In this document: piece by piece, positions 8,001 to 15,739 of the stretch
Layout of the letters: the number at the start of each line of letters is the position of its first letter
Position numbering within the stretch: position 1 is the first letter of the stretch
Source: Edaphobacter aggregans
Lineage (GTDB): Bacteria > Acidobacteriota > Terriglobia > Terriglobales > Acidobacteriaceae
Direction: 5' to 3'
DNA length: 32,000 bases
NCBI RefSeq assembly: GCF_003945235.1
Contig: NZ_RSDW01000001.1
Coordinates: 1,080,001 to 1,112,000, forward strand
Position numbers and translations under genes: made by a program
Notes under the pieces: model-generated
Database searches by the model: none
Told to the model about the DNA's origin: nothing
The model's input: the letters and a program-made list of their open reading frames with translations, nothing else

Positions 8001-8590
8001 GTGCGTCTGCACGGTTTGAGCGGCCTGAGGGGTCGTTTGAGGCGCGGGTGTTTGGCAATGCAATGCATGCGTTTGTCGAAGTGCTGACGAAACGGCTCGC
8101 GACGGGAGAGCAGGCGGATGCTTTGTTGCGCGAGGTTTCGGGGTGGGGACAGCGGATTGCGGCGGTGCTTCGCGGGGATGGTTTGCCGGTGAAGGCTGCG
8201 GGGACGCTTGCTTCACGGGTGAAGGGTGCGCTTGAGAATATGCTGCGCGATCCGCATGGGTTGTGGGTGCTCGGGGCGCGTCAGGATGGGGCTAGTGAGT
8301 TTGCGTTGACTTCGTGGGCTGAGCGACGCAGTAGCGTGCGGCTGGATCGGGTGTTTCGTGCGGGGCGGGAGCCTTTGGTTGAGGGGGATGAGTATCTTTG
8401 GATTGTCGACTACAAGACGGCTACGCATGGGTTGGAGGGTATCGAGGCGTTTCTGCTGGGGGAACGGGCGAAGTATGCGGGACAGATGGAGGCTTATGCT
8501 CGCGTGATGCGGGGTGAGAGGGAGATTCGGGTGGGGCTTTATTATCCGATGTTGACGCGGCTGATCTGGTGGGTGCCAGAGTTGAATTAA
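5003..8590 (+). CDS. AddA-like UvrD/SF1 helicase with C-terminal RecB-type nuclease domain
   Basis: The track ORF is 4820..8590, but its first 61 codons are Arg/Trp-rich and overlap the AddB-like gene, so I chose ATG 5003. Motifs seen: APAGSGKTG (Walker A), LLVDEMQDTS, FLVGDPKQSIY, TIHGAKGLEWD, YVACTRAREEL and the C-terminal ..LWIVDYKT.. nuclease motif. Confidence 0.9.
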   Translation: MADLFVVPSALPVERSDRRPPDWEAREQALDTRQSWIVEAPAGSGKTGLLIQRYLKLLAEESVERPEQVLAITFTVKATAEIRERVMGHLESAARGEALKRDSEVERETRALAEAVLQRDRALGWGLRDDPRRLRVRTIDSVCAEIARSLPVLSEGASGWAPVNDASPLYREAARRTLMLLGGEDPELNDALRTVLLHRDGSLGECERLLAEMLQLRDQWGEIVPRGREYLDDAYLDGTVLPWLESTLEQAVCAGLTEFAAVMPEDFLREVASLAASLAGNVPHGRDRSPVAVCAGRVGIPGTDAAALEQWRALIHLMVTPSSGQWRRGFAKNTMGFEMSPAEKARLRRVLEQVAGRDDLLWAIERVSRLPPARYPKEQWVVAKALFRVLSRGLVELQLVFAERGECDFAELALLAKGALRRGGVEALTLGSGFELRHLLVDEMQDTSTGQYELIELLTQGWDGRSQTVFLVGDPKQSIYLFRQARVERFVRTMQTGRLGELPVGCLRLTANFRSQRELVEEFNEDFSLLFPREVDAANPEEVPYAYAVAVNGPSGVVGGARGFVWHTEVLTAGEGVQGKRRVAKQTARMVRQIAAEWRARPLPEGRNDPWKIAVLVRSRNHLIDIVSELKRDEGAGAIPFRAVDIEPLDERQEVLDLFALTRALLHPADRTAWMAMLRAPWCGLELAELHVLAGADDDGWKEWTVEDLMAERGHLLSEESCARLQRIWPVLRAAEGQRSRVTMAQWVERTWRSLGGDAYLTAEEMGNARRYLELLDEMEESGGGIDLTLLKRRLNGLFAEAAMCAGAVDLMTIHGAKGLEWDVVMVPGLEKKAAGNKGRLLTWSEIGDGDGDAAHVLLAPIAGKGEESKELNAWLKGIHDAREAAERNRLFYVACTRAREELHLFASPEAKADGSVSRAAGSLLAAAWPAAERRFDAPRGEVLAMPGMPVVVDEFVGDLAAGGVERAGARLQRLPLGFAAGDRFAGVRRLSYGEAGVSSASARFERPEGSFEARVFGNAMHAFVEVLTKRLATGEQADALLREVSGWGQRIAAVLRGDGLPVKAAGTLASRVKGALENMLRDPHGLWVLGARQDGASEFALTSWAERRSSVRLDRVFRAGREPLVEGDEYLWIVDYKTATHGLEGIEAFLLGERAKYAGQMEAYARVMRGEREIRVGLYYPMLTRLIWWVPELN

Positions 8591-8704
8591 GGCTGCCAAA
8601 GGCAACGACGACATGCGGGAGTCTCTTCACTGCATAGCTCACGATAGTGCTGTGAGCTGTTTCGGTCGAGATGATGATTTTTATTCGTGTGGGAGTGAGA
8701 ATCG

Positions 8705-8830
8705 GGCAACTGCAACCGCAACGACAGAAGCAGATCCCCTTCGGCTTCGCTCAGGGCAGGCTCTTCGAGGATGACAACTAGAAAGCAACGACAACGGGAA
8801 ACAACTGCAAACGACGGCAACAACGGCGAC
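8705..8830. repeat. CAAC-rich intergenic repeat, copy B (expanded core)
   Basis: Same blocks as copy A: GGCAACT 8705-8711, CAGATCCCC 8731-8739, GGATGACAA 8769-8777, then GAAAG and a CAAC-rich tail. There are 29 nt (TTCGGCTTCGCTCAGGGCAGGCTCTTCGA) between the two core blocks, versus 4 nt in copy A. It lies between the convergent stops of the AddA-like gene (8590) and phoU (8844). Confidence 0.55.
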
Positions 8831-8843
8831 TTCGCGCTAACAG

Positions 8844-9506
8844 CTACACTGCGTGGGGAGTGTGGCGGATATCGGCGCCGCGGACCCAGAAGATGACGTC
8901 TTCGGCAATGTTGGTGGCATGGTCGCCTACGCGCTCGAGGTTGCGGGAGATGATGAGGGCGTTGAGGGACTGCGGCGTCAGTTCGGGTTTTTCTTTGATC
9001 AGGGTGCTTAGGGAGTAGAAAGCTGCGTCGTTCATCTCGTCGACCTGATCGTCGAGCAGGAGGACGGATTCGGCGAGTTCGGCGTCGGCTTCGATGAAGG
9101 CCTGGAGGGATTTTCGCACCATCGCGGAGGAGAGCGAGGCGAGCTTGGGGATGTCGACGGGGAGATCGATGTTGGCGAAGGCTCCCATCTCGCGGACGCG
9201 GACGGCGATGTTGACGGCCTGATCGCCTACGCGCTCGAGGTCGGCGTTGATGCGGATGACGGCGAGAATGAAGCGGAGATCGACGGCCATGGGCTGCTCC
9301 ATGGCGAGGAGGTCGAGGGCCATCTGGTCGATCTCACGCTCGAGGCGGTTGATGGCGGGCTCGGAGTGGAAGACGAGTTCGCAGATGCTGAGGTCGCGGG
9401 TGCGGTAGGCCTCGATGGAGCGCTGAATGGCTTGTTCGGCCATGCCTGCCATGACGAGGAGATGCTCTTTGAGCTCGTCGAGGCGCTGCTGGAATTTGAT
9501 GCGCAT
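8844..9506 (-). CDS. phoU: phosphate signalling complex protein PhoU
   Basis: 220-aa ORF with two PhoU repeats (..ADLERVGDQAVNIA.. and ..RNLERVGDHATNIAE..). It sits directly downstream of pstB, and the start/stop codons overlap at 9506. Confidence 0.95.
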   Translation of the reverse strand: MRIKFQQRLDELKEHLLVMAGMAEQAIQRSIEAYRTRDLSICELVFHSEPAINRLEREIDQMALDLLAMEQPMAVDLRFILAVIRINADLERVGDQAVNIAVRVREMGAFANIDLPVDIPKLASLSSAMVRKSLQAFIEADAELAESVLLLDDQVDEMNDAAFYSLSTLIKEKPELTPQSLNALIISRNLERVGDHATNIAEDVIFWVRGADIRHTPHAV

Positions 9507-10264
9507 CAGCCAAACCTCCCGGTGATGTAATCCTCGGTGCGCTTGTCGCGGGGGTTGGTGAAGATTTTGTGGGTGGAATCGAACTCGACCATTTTCCCGT
9601 TGAGGAAGAAGCCTGTGTTCTCGGCCACGCGCGCGGCCTGCTGCATATTGTGCGTCACGATGACGATAGTGTACTGGCTCTTGAGCTGGAAGATGAGGTC
9701 TTCGATCTTCGAGGTGGAGACGGGGTCGAGTGCAGAGGCTGGCTCGTCCATGAGGAGGACTTCGGGATCAACGGCGAGGGCGCGCGCGATGCACATGCGC
9801 TGCTGCTGGCCACCGGAGAGGCTGGCGCCGGACTTCTTCTTGAGGTCGTCTTTGACCTCTTCCCAGAGAGCGGCCTGCTTGAGGGAGCGCTCTACGGTTT
9901 CGTCGAGGATGCGGCGGTTGCGAAAGCCATTGAGCTTGAGACCGCTGACGACGTTGTCGTAGATGGACATCGTCGGGAAGGGGTTGGGGCGCTGGAAGAC
10001 CATGCCTACGCGGCGGCGGATCTCGACGGGGGAAGCGTCACGATAGATGTCGACCTCGCCCATTTTGACGACACCGGTGGCATGGGCGATGGGGTTGGTC
10101 TCGTGCATGCGATTGAGGCAACGAACGAAGGTGGATTTGCCGCAGCCGGAGGGGCCGATGAGCGCGGTGGCGTGGTTCGCGGGGATATGCAGGTTAATGT
10201 CCTGCAGTGTGTGGTTCGAACCATACCATGCGTTCAGATCTTCAACTAGAATGCCGACTCCCAC
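9506..10264 (-). CDS. pstB: phosphate ABC transporter ATP-binding protein PstB
   Basis: Walker [10 protein letters not shown], signature LSGGQQQR, Walker [12 protein letters not shown]. The track ORF extends to 10375, but that extension overlaps pstA. GTG at 10264-10262 follows GGGAGG and shares a base with the pstA TAG, giving a 252-aa protein of typical PstB length. Confidence 0.95.
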   Translation of the reverse strand: MGVGILVEDLNAWYGSNHTLQDINLHIPANHATALIGPSGCGKSTFVRCLNRMHETNPIAHATGVVKMGEVDIYRDASPVEIRRRVGMVFQRPNPFPTMSIYDNVVSGLKLNGFRNRRILDETVERSLKQAALWEEVKDDLKKKSGASLSGGQQQRMCIARALAVDPEVLLMDEPASALDPVSTSKIEDLIFQLKSQYTIVIVTHNMQQAARVAENTGFFLNGKMVEFDSTHKIFTNPRDKRTEDYITGRFG

Positions 10265-11175
10265 TAACTTCCTCCCTTGAGTGCACCGCGATTGGCAAAG
10301 ATGCGGACAAGCGTGACTGAGACCATGATGAGAACGATGAGAACGAGCGCGCCAGCCCAGGCCAGGCGATGCCACTCGTCATATGGCGAGTTGGCATAGA
10401 CGAAGATCTGCAGCGGCAGGGCGGCGATAGGCTCGTTGAGCCTGATGCTCCAGAACTGGTTACCGAGTGCGGTGAAGAGTAGAGGGGCAGTCTCTCCGGC
10501 GACACGGGCGAAGGCGAGCATGCAGCCGGTGATGATGCCCGGAGAGGCTGTTCGGAGACTGACTGAGAGGACGGTTCGCCACTTGGGAACGCCCAGACCG
10601 AGGGCGGCTTCGCGAATGGCGTGCGGCACGGTGGCGAGCATCTCTTCGGTGGTGCGGGTGATGGTCGGAACCATCATGATGGCGAGCGCGACGCCTCCGG
10701 CAAAGGCGGAAAAATGTTTTTGGGGCATCACGATGAGCGAGTAGACGGAGATGCCCATGACGATGGAGGGGACGCCGTTGAGGACGTCTGCCGTGAAGCG
10801 TATGGCATTGGCGAGGAGTGTGCCCTGACCGAATTCTGCGACGTAGACGCCAGCAGCAATACCGATGGGAATACCCATGAGGCTGGCGAGGGTGAGGATG
10901 ATTCCCGAGCCGACGATGGAGTTGGCCATGCCGCCGCCCTCTTCACCAACCGGAGCGGGAATGTGGGTGAAGAAGTTCAGGTTGAGGGAACTCGCGCCTT
11001 TGTAGATCAGGTAGAAGAGAATGGCGAGCAGCGGTATGAGGACCACGATGGTGGCGAGGATCGACAGACCGGTGACGAAGTAGTTGACCACAGTGCGACG
11101 GGTGCTGTTGAGCCGCATTCCTCTGGTTTCGAAGTTCATCGGCGGGCGGGGCTGGTTGAAGGGCTGGGTGCTCAT
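10264..11175 (-). CDS. pstA: phosphate ABC transporter permease PstA
   Basis: 303-aa polytopic membrane ORF with an ABC permease EAA-like loop (..[15 protein letters not shown]..). Positioned between pstC and pstB. Confidence 0.95.
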   Translation of the reverse strand: MSTQPFNQPRPPMNFETRGMRLNSTRRTVVNYFVTGLSILATIVVLIPLLAILFYLIYKGASSLNLNFFTHIPAPVGEEGGGMANSIVGSGIILTLASLMGIPIGIAAGVYVAEFGQGTLLANAIRFTADVLNGVPSIVMGISVYSLIVMPQKHFSAFAGGVALAIMMVPTITRTTEEMLATVPHAIREAALGLGVPKWRTVLSVSLRTASPGIITGCMLAFARVAGETAPLLFTALGNQFWSIRLNEPIAALPLQIFVYANSPYDEWHRLAWAGALVLIVLIMVSVTLVRIFANRGALKGGS

Positions 11176-11177
11176 GC

Positions 11178-12239
11178 TTAGGCCGCCCTTCCCGGTGCGC
11201 CGCGTGTGACCGCCCAGACCATGAGGCGGGCGATTGCGTTGACGACGATAGTGACGAGGAAGAGGGCCAGACCGATCTGGATGAGGGCACTGAGGTAGAG
11301 ATCGCCGGTAGCCTCGGAGAACTCATTGGCGATGACGCTGGCGAGAGTGTAGCCGGGGGAAAAGAGGCTCTTGCTGATCTCGGGGTGGTTGCCGATGACC
11401 ATGGTGACGGCGATCGTCTCGCCCAGGGCACGACCGAGGCCGAGCATGATGGCTCCTACGATGCCGATGCGGGAGTTGCGAAGGACGCCGATACGGATCA
11501 TCTCCCACTTGGTGGCGCCGAGGGCAAGGACGGCCTCGCGCTGGCTGTTGGGCACGGCCATCATGATGTCGCGGGTCAGAGAGGAGATGATGGGCAGGAT
11601 CATGATGGAGAGAATGATGCCGGCCGTGAGGAAACCTACACCGAAGTTCGGGCCGGTGAAGAGGCCTGTCCAGCCCAGCGTCTTGAGGAGGAAGGGGCCC
11701 AGAATCTCGCGCATGATCGGGACGAGCACGAAGACAGCCCAGAGACCATACACGACGCTGGGAATGGCGGCGAGGAGTTCTGTGAGAAAGGAGATTGGAG
11801 CGCGTAGCCGTTGGGGGCAGAGTTCGGCGATAAAGACTGCTACCCCCAGAGCCAGGGGGACCGCGATGGCGAGAGCAAGAAACGAAGTTACTAGCGTTCC
11901 GTAGATAAATGGGAGGGCACCGAAGTCGCCGGAGACAGGGTCCCACGCCGAGCGGGTGAAGAACCTCCAGCCGAACTGCGCGAAGCTGAGGTGCGAACGA
12001 AGAACAAGGATGGTGAGAATGAAGAGGACGATGACAAAGATGCTGCAGGCGCATAACAGCATGACAGCTGCGAAGCTGTTGTCGGCCAGACGTCCGCTGC
12101 CGCGCTTGCTGAGGTATTCGCGGATCGGGGAGAGTGTGGTTACTGCGGGTTGCGGCTCGGCTCCTGCGGCAGGAGTCGGGGTGACCGCGAGCGTCGCCGG
12201 CACAGGGAGGGGAGATCCGGGTTCTCGTTCGGTCGTCAT
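11178..12239 (-). CDS. pstC: phosphate ABC transporter permease PstC
   Basis: Polytopic permease (..QREAVLALGATKWEMI..). The track ORF reaches 12356, but that extra part spans the pstS-pstC hairpin, so I prefer ATG 12239 (MTTEREPGSP...). The N-terminal ~60 aa are Pro/Ala/Thr-rich and precede the first TM helix. Confidence 0.9.
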   Translation of the reverse strand: MTTEREPGSPLPVPATLAVTPTPAAGAEPQPAVTTLSPIREYLSKRGSGRLADNSFAAVMLLCACSIFVIVLFILTILVLRSHLSFAQFGWRFFTRSAWDPVSGDFGALPFIYGTLVTSFLALAIAVPLALGVAVFIAELCPQRLRAPISFLTELLAAIPSVVYGLWAVFVLVPIMREILGPFLLKTLGWTGLFTGPNFGVGFLTAGIILSIMILPIISSLTRDIMMAVPNSQREAVLALGATKWEMIRIGVLRNSRIGIVGAIMLGLGRALGETIAVTMVIGNHPEISKSLFSPGYTLASVIANEFSEATGDLYLSALIQIGLALFLVTIVVNAIARLMVWAVTRGAPGRAA

Positions 12240-12331
12240 ACGAGTTGAAGACACAATCTTGGTTTCCTGGAAGTCAGAGTCCCCGGGCTGATTGTATTCG
12301 CCCTGAGGTAGTTTATGCGGAGAATGAAAAT

Positions 12332-12370
12332 CGCCGCACGGAGGCAAGGAGTGCATGTCTCCGTGCGGCG
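12332..12370 (-). terminator. perfect 12-bp-stem hairpin between pstS and pstC (attenuator / mRNA-stabilising element)
   Basis: CGCCGCACGGAG (12332-12343) and CTCCGTGCGGCG (12359-12370) are exact reverse complements around a 15-nt loop. On the gene strand the stem is followed by ATTTTCATTCTCC. It starts 7 nt after the pstS stop. Confidence 0.5.
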
Positions 12371-12376
12371 AAGTAG

Positions 12377-13384
12377 TTATTTGATCTGCGCGATGCTCTT
12401 GCGGACCATGTCCTGCACGGGCTTCGGCAGTGGAGCGTAGGTCAGAGTGTTGGCTTCGGACTGGCCGTGATCGAGCATCCAGCCGAGGAAGTCAACGAGC
12501 GCCTTGCCCTTGGCCGCGTCAGCCGAGTGGGTCGGGATCAGCAGCCAGGTAAAGCTGGAGATTGGATAGGAGGTTGCACCGGGAGCGTTGGTGATCGAAA
12601 CACGGAAGTCGGCGGGCATTGTCTTGGCAGCCGCTGCCGCTGCAGCGGTTACACCGTCGGTCGAGGCTCTAACAAACTGGCCGGCGGCGTTCTTCACGGA
12701 GCCGTAGGACATCTTGTTCTGGGCGGCGTAGATCAGCTCGACGTAGCCGAAGGAATTAGGCGACTGGCGAACCATTCCTGCGATGCCTTCGCTGCCCTTT
12801 TGGCCGATGCCTGTGGGCCACTTCACGGAGGTGTTCTTGCCTACCTTGCTGGCCCAATCGGGGCTGACCTTCGAGAGGTAATCGGTGAAGATGTAGGTGG
12901 TTCCGCTGCCGTCAGAACGGTAGACGGGCAGGATCGCATTGGCAGGAAGATTGACGCCGGGATTCTCTTTCACGATACGAGGGTCGTTCCATGTGGTGAT
13001 CTTGCCGAGGTAGATGTCGGCGATGACGTCGCCCGAGAAGTTGAGCTCCTTGTTAACGCCGGGGATGTTGTAGATCGGAACGACTGCACCGAGCACGGTA
13101 GGAATGTGCATCGTTTTAACCTTGGCGCTTTTGATCTGCTCGTCATTCATGGGGCCGTCGGTGGCACCGAAGTCGACCGTACCCTCGGAGACCTGACGGA
13201 TGCCGCCGCCGGAGCCGATGGACTGATAATTGATCTTTACCTCTGGATGGGCCTTGCTGTATTCGCTGAACCATTTGGAGTAGATCGGGTAGGGGAAGGT
13301 CGCCCCTGCTCCGTTGATGTTCTGTGCGCTGGCTCCAATAGTTGCCAGTGCCAATACGCCTGCTGCAATGAGTTTCACGTTCAC
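12377..13384 (-). CDS. pstS: phosphate ABC transporter substrate-binding protein PstS
   Basis: 335-aa ORF with GTG start at 13384 and GAGGGGGAA upstream. Signal peptide (MNVKLIAAGVLALATIGASA). PstS-type motifs GAGATFPYPIYSKW, SIGSGGG and RSDGSGTT. Confidence 0.95.
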   Translation of the reverse strand: MNVKLIAAGVLALATIGASAQNINGAGATFPYPIYSKWFSEYSKAHPEVKINYQSIGSGGGIRQVSEGTVDFGATDGPMNDEQIKSAKVKTMHIPTVLGAVVPIYNIPGVNKELNFSGDVIADIYLGKITTWNDPRIVKENPGVNLPANAILPVYRSDGSGTTYIFTDYLSKVSPDWASKVGKNTSVKWPTGIGQKGSEGIAGMVRQSPNSFGYVELIYAAQNKMSYGSVKNAAGQFVRASTDGVTAAAAAAAKTMPADFRVSITNAPGATSYPISSFTWLLIPTHSADAAKGKALVDFLGWMLDHGQSEANTLTYAPLPKPVQDMVRKSIAQIK

Positions 13385-13420
13385 TCGTTCCCCCTCGGAA
13401 ATAGGCGCGTTCTATGCACC

Positions 13421-13460
13421 TATATAGAGTGTGCGGGGTAATTGTTACGGCCAAGTTACA
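13421..13460 (-). promoter_or_regulatory. candidate Pho-box promoter of pstS
   Basis: GTTAC occurs at 13444-13448 and 13455-13459, an 11-bp phase. On the gene strand this reads TGTAAC-N6-GTAAC, then 17 nt, then TATATA (13426-13421), about 36 nt before the GTG start. Confidence 0.4.
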
Positions 13461-13473
13461 TTGGAGTCAAAAC

Positions 13474-13508
13474 GGCAAAAATGCGCTCAAACTACGGAGG
13501 TTTTTGCC
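13474..13508 (-). terminator. weak A/U-rich hairpin spanning the phoR stop codon
   Basis: On the gene strand GGCAAAAA (13508-13501) pairs with TTTTTGCC (13481-13474) around a 19-nt loop, followed by GTTTTGAC. The stem is only 8 bp and mostly A-U. Confidence 0.3.
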
Positions 13509-14857
13509 TTGGGGAGGGTGAAAATGAAGGTACTTCCGGCGTTCAGCTCGCTTTCGGCGCGGATGGATCCGCCCTGCGATTGCACCACATATTGGGCAAT
13601 TGCGAGGCCGAGGCCGGTTCCTCCGGACTCCCGGGAACGGGCTTTGTCGACCCGGTAGAAGCGTTCGAAGATGCGGTTGAGGTGTTCGGAAGCAATTCCC
13701 TGGCCAAAGTCGCGGACACTGAACTCGATGGCGTCGATGGGTTCGGAGATTTCGCGGGCGCTGACGATGACCCGGCAGTGGAGCTCGTCGCGGGCGCGGC
13801 CGTACTTGATCGCGTTCTCGATGAGGTTGCTGAGGACCTGGAGGATGGAGTCGGTGTCGGCGAAGACCTCAACGTCGGTGAGTTGGCCGATCTCAAGGAC
13901 GGCGTCTTCGTCCTGAACGAGACCGCTCATAGCCTGGACGGCATCGCGTACCAGGATATCTGCTCGAACCGGGGCAGGGTGGAGCTCCTGCTCGGAGGAT
14001 TCGACGCGCGCCATGACGAGAAGGTCTTCGGTGAGGCGGTTCATACGAGTGGCGTTCTTGAGGATGGTGGTCAGGAACTCGCGGGCTTGCGGGCTTAGTG
14101 AATTTTCGTGGTCGAGGAGGGTTTCGACGTAGCCTGTGATGGAGGTCAAGGGCGTGCGGAGTTCGTGGGAGACGTTGGCGACGAAGTCCCGCTGGGTGCG
14201 CTCGACCTGCTCGATGCGGGTGATGTCGTGGAGGACGGCTACGGCGCCTCCGCCGGGCATGGGCGAGGCGGCTACCTCGAAGATGCGTCCGGGTAAGAGC
14301 GAGGTTGAGCGGCGCTCGCTGACGACGCGGTCTTCGAGAGCGGTTTTGACGCAGGCGAGGACGTCGGGGTCGCGGATGGTCTGGACGAGGGCGTGGCCGA
14401 CACGGACGGCGCTGCTGAAGGACGTGCCAGGGATGAGCCGCTGCATGCGCTGATTGGTCCACTGGATGCGTCCGGCCTGATCGACGGCGACGACGGCGTC
14501 CTGCATGCTGTCGATCATGGCTTCGAGTTCACGACGGCTCTCGGAGGCATCCATGAGGACCCGCTCAACGTGGCCTGAGGCGAGCGATATGGCTTGGGCG
14601 AGGCCGTCGAAGTCGCTGTACTGGTACTTGAGGGCGCCGACGGGGCGGTCGGGGATCGCGGCCGTCGAGGTCTGGAGCAGGGCGATGCTCTGCCGGACTG
14701 AGCGGGACAGGAGAAAGGCGTTGATCGCGGCCCAGGCCAGGACGAGGATCGTGCCGAAGATCCATCCTCGCGGCGTGAACCAGACGCGCATCAGAGCGAC
14801 GAACGCCAGAGCAATCGTCATCCGGATGAAGAACGAAAAGAAGAGACCACGGGTCAC
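13487..14857 (-). CDS. phoR: phosphate-regulon sensor histidine kinase (PhoR-like)
   Basis: 456-aa ORF with GTG start and GAAGGGA upstream. It has two N-terminal TM segments, a PAS-like region, H-box VSHELRTPLTSI, and HATPase motifs (NLIENAIKY, DFGQGI, GGTGLGLAI). It lies between phoB and pstS. Confidence 0.8.
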   Translation of the reverse strand: MTRGLFFSFFIRMTIALAFVALMRVWFTPRGWIFGTILVLAWAAINAFLLSRSVRQSIALLQTSTAAIPDRPVGALKYQYSDFDGLAQAISLASGHVERVLMDASESRRELEAMIDSMQDAVVAVDQAGRIQWTNQRMQRLIPGTSFSSAVRVGHALVQTIRDPDVLACVKTALEDRVVSERRSTSLLPGRIFEVAASPMPGGGAVAVLHDITRIEQVERTQRDFVANVSHELRTPLTSITGYVETLLDHENSLSPQAREFLTTILKNATRMNRLTEDLLVMARVESSEQELHPAPVRADILVRDAVQAMSGLVQDEDAVLEIGQLTDVEVFADTDSILQVLSNLIENAIKYGRARDELHCRVIVSAREISEPIDAIEFSVRDFGQGIASEHLNRIFERFYRVDKARSRESGGTGLGLAIAQYVVQSQGGSIRAESELNAGSTFIFTLPKAKTSVV

Positions 14858-14871
14858 GGACTGTCCCTTCG

Positions 14872-15591
14872 CTAGGCCTGTGCCGTCTTAGGAATTTCGA
14901 AACGGTAGCCGGCCCCGCGCATGGTCTTAAGATAACGTGGGACTTCGGCGTCGGCCTCGATCTTCTCGCGGATGCGGCGGACGTAGACATCGACCGAGCG
15001 CGGCGTGACGAAACGGGCGTCTCCCCAGACGGCGTCGAGGAGATGGTCGCGGCTGAAGACCCGGCCTGGATGGCGGGCGAGATAGTCGAGCAGGCGAAAC
15101 TCTGTGGCGGTCGTGGTGACCAGCTCGCCGCCGACACGGAGTTGCATGGCACCAGCGTCGATCTCGATGTTTTCGAACTTGACGAGGGAGGGGGTGGTGG
15201 GCCGCTCGAACCGGCGCAGGACGGCCTTGACCCGAGCTACTAACTCGCGGGTGCCGAAGGGCTTGGTGATGTAGTCGTCGGCACCTACCTCGAGGCCATG
15301 GACGCGGTCGTTTTCGGCGGCGCGGGCGGTGAGGAAGATGATGGGAACGATGCTCAGGGTGGGGTTTTGACGCAGCCTGCGACAGAGGTCAAGGCCATCG
15401 CCGCCGGGGACCATGATGTCGAGCAGGAACAGGGCTGGAGGCTGGCGCTCGGCGTCCGGTAAAATCTGGCCGATCGTGAGATAGGAACGCACCGTAAAAC
15501 CAGCGCTTTCCAGGTGGTACTGGACGAGCCGCGAGATATCGGCATCGTCTTCCAACACAAAGATCGTCTGACTCAAAGCAGTAAACCTCAA
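14872..15591 (-). CDS. phoB: OmpR-family response regulator (PhoB-like)
   Basis: Receiver domain (..IFVLEDDADI.., ..LFLLDIMVPGGDG..) plus a winged-helix output domain (..VDVYVRRIREKIE..LKTMRGAGYRF). The track start is TTG 15591. TTG 15576, with GAGG 8 nt upstream, giving (M)SQTIFVLEDD, is at least as likely. Confidence 0.8.
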   Translation of the reverse strand: MRFTALSQTIFVLEDDADISRLVQYHLESAGFTVRSYLTIGQILPDAERQPPALFLLDIMVPGGDGLDLCRRLRQNPTLSIVPIIFLTARAAENDRVHGLEVGADDYITKPFGTRELVARVKAVLRRFERPTTPSLVKFENIEIDAGAMQLRVGGELVTTTATEFRLLDYLARHPGRVFSRDHLLDAVWGDARFVTPRSVDVYVRRIREKIEADAEVPRYLKTMRGAGYRFEIPKTAQA

Positions 15592-15603
15592 CTTATACGG
15601 GAC

Positions 15604-15619
15604 GTTAACACAAGGTTAG
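15604..15619 (-). promoter_or_regulatory. second pair of 11-bp-phased GTTAN repeats, upstream of phoB
   Basis: GTTAA at 15604-15608 and GTTAG at 15615-15619, with the same phase and strand as the pstS pair. TTAACA is at 15605-15610. On the gene strand it is followed after 6 nt by TATAAG (15597-15592). Confidence 0.3.
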
Positions 15620-15739
15620 CCTAAGCCGCACTGCGGATTGCGAATGTACGATGAATCGTAATATCCGGTCCAGAGGTTGCGCAGGTTTGTATACTCTAGG
15701 TAATTCTGTAGCGTCGTACCTTTGCTGCTTGAGAGGTTT

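Noticed and set aside
8636-8658. 7-bp hairpin AGCTCAC-N9-GTGAGCT after the AddA-like stop as a terminator
   Set aside because: The stem is short, and it is followed only by GTTTCGG on the plus strand and by no U-tract on the minus strand. This is too weak to call.
1213-8830. Whether the CAAC-rich repeats could be a CRISPR array or a tandem VNTR
   Set aside because: There are only two dispersed copies 7.4 kb apart, with no regular repeat-spacer periodicity and no cas genes. They are better described as a dispersed intergenic repeat.
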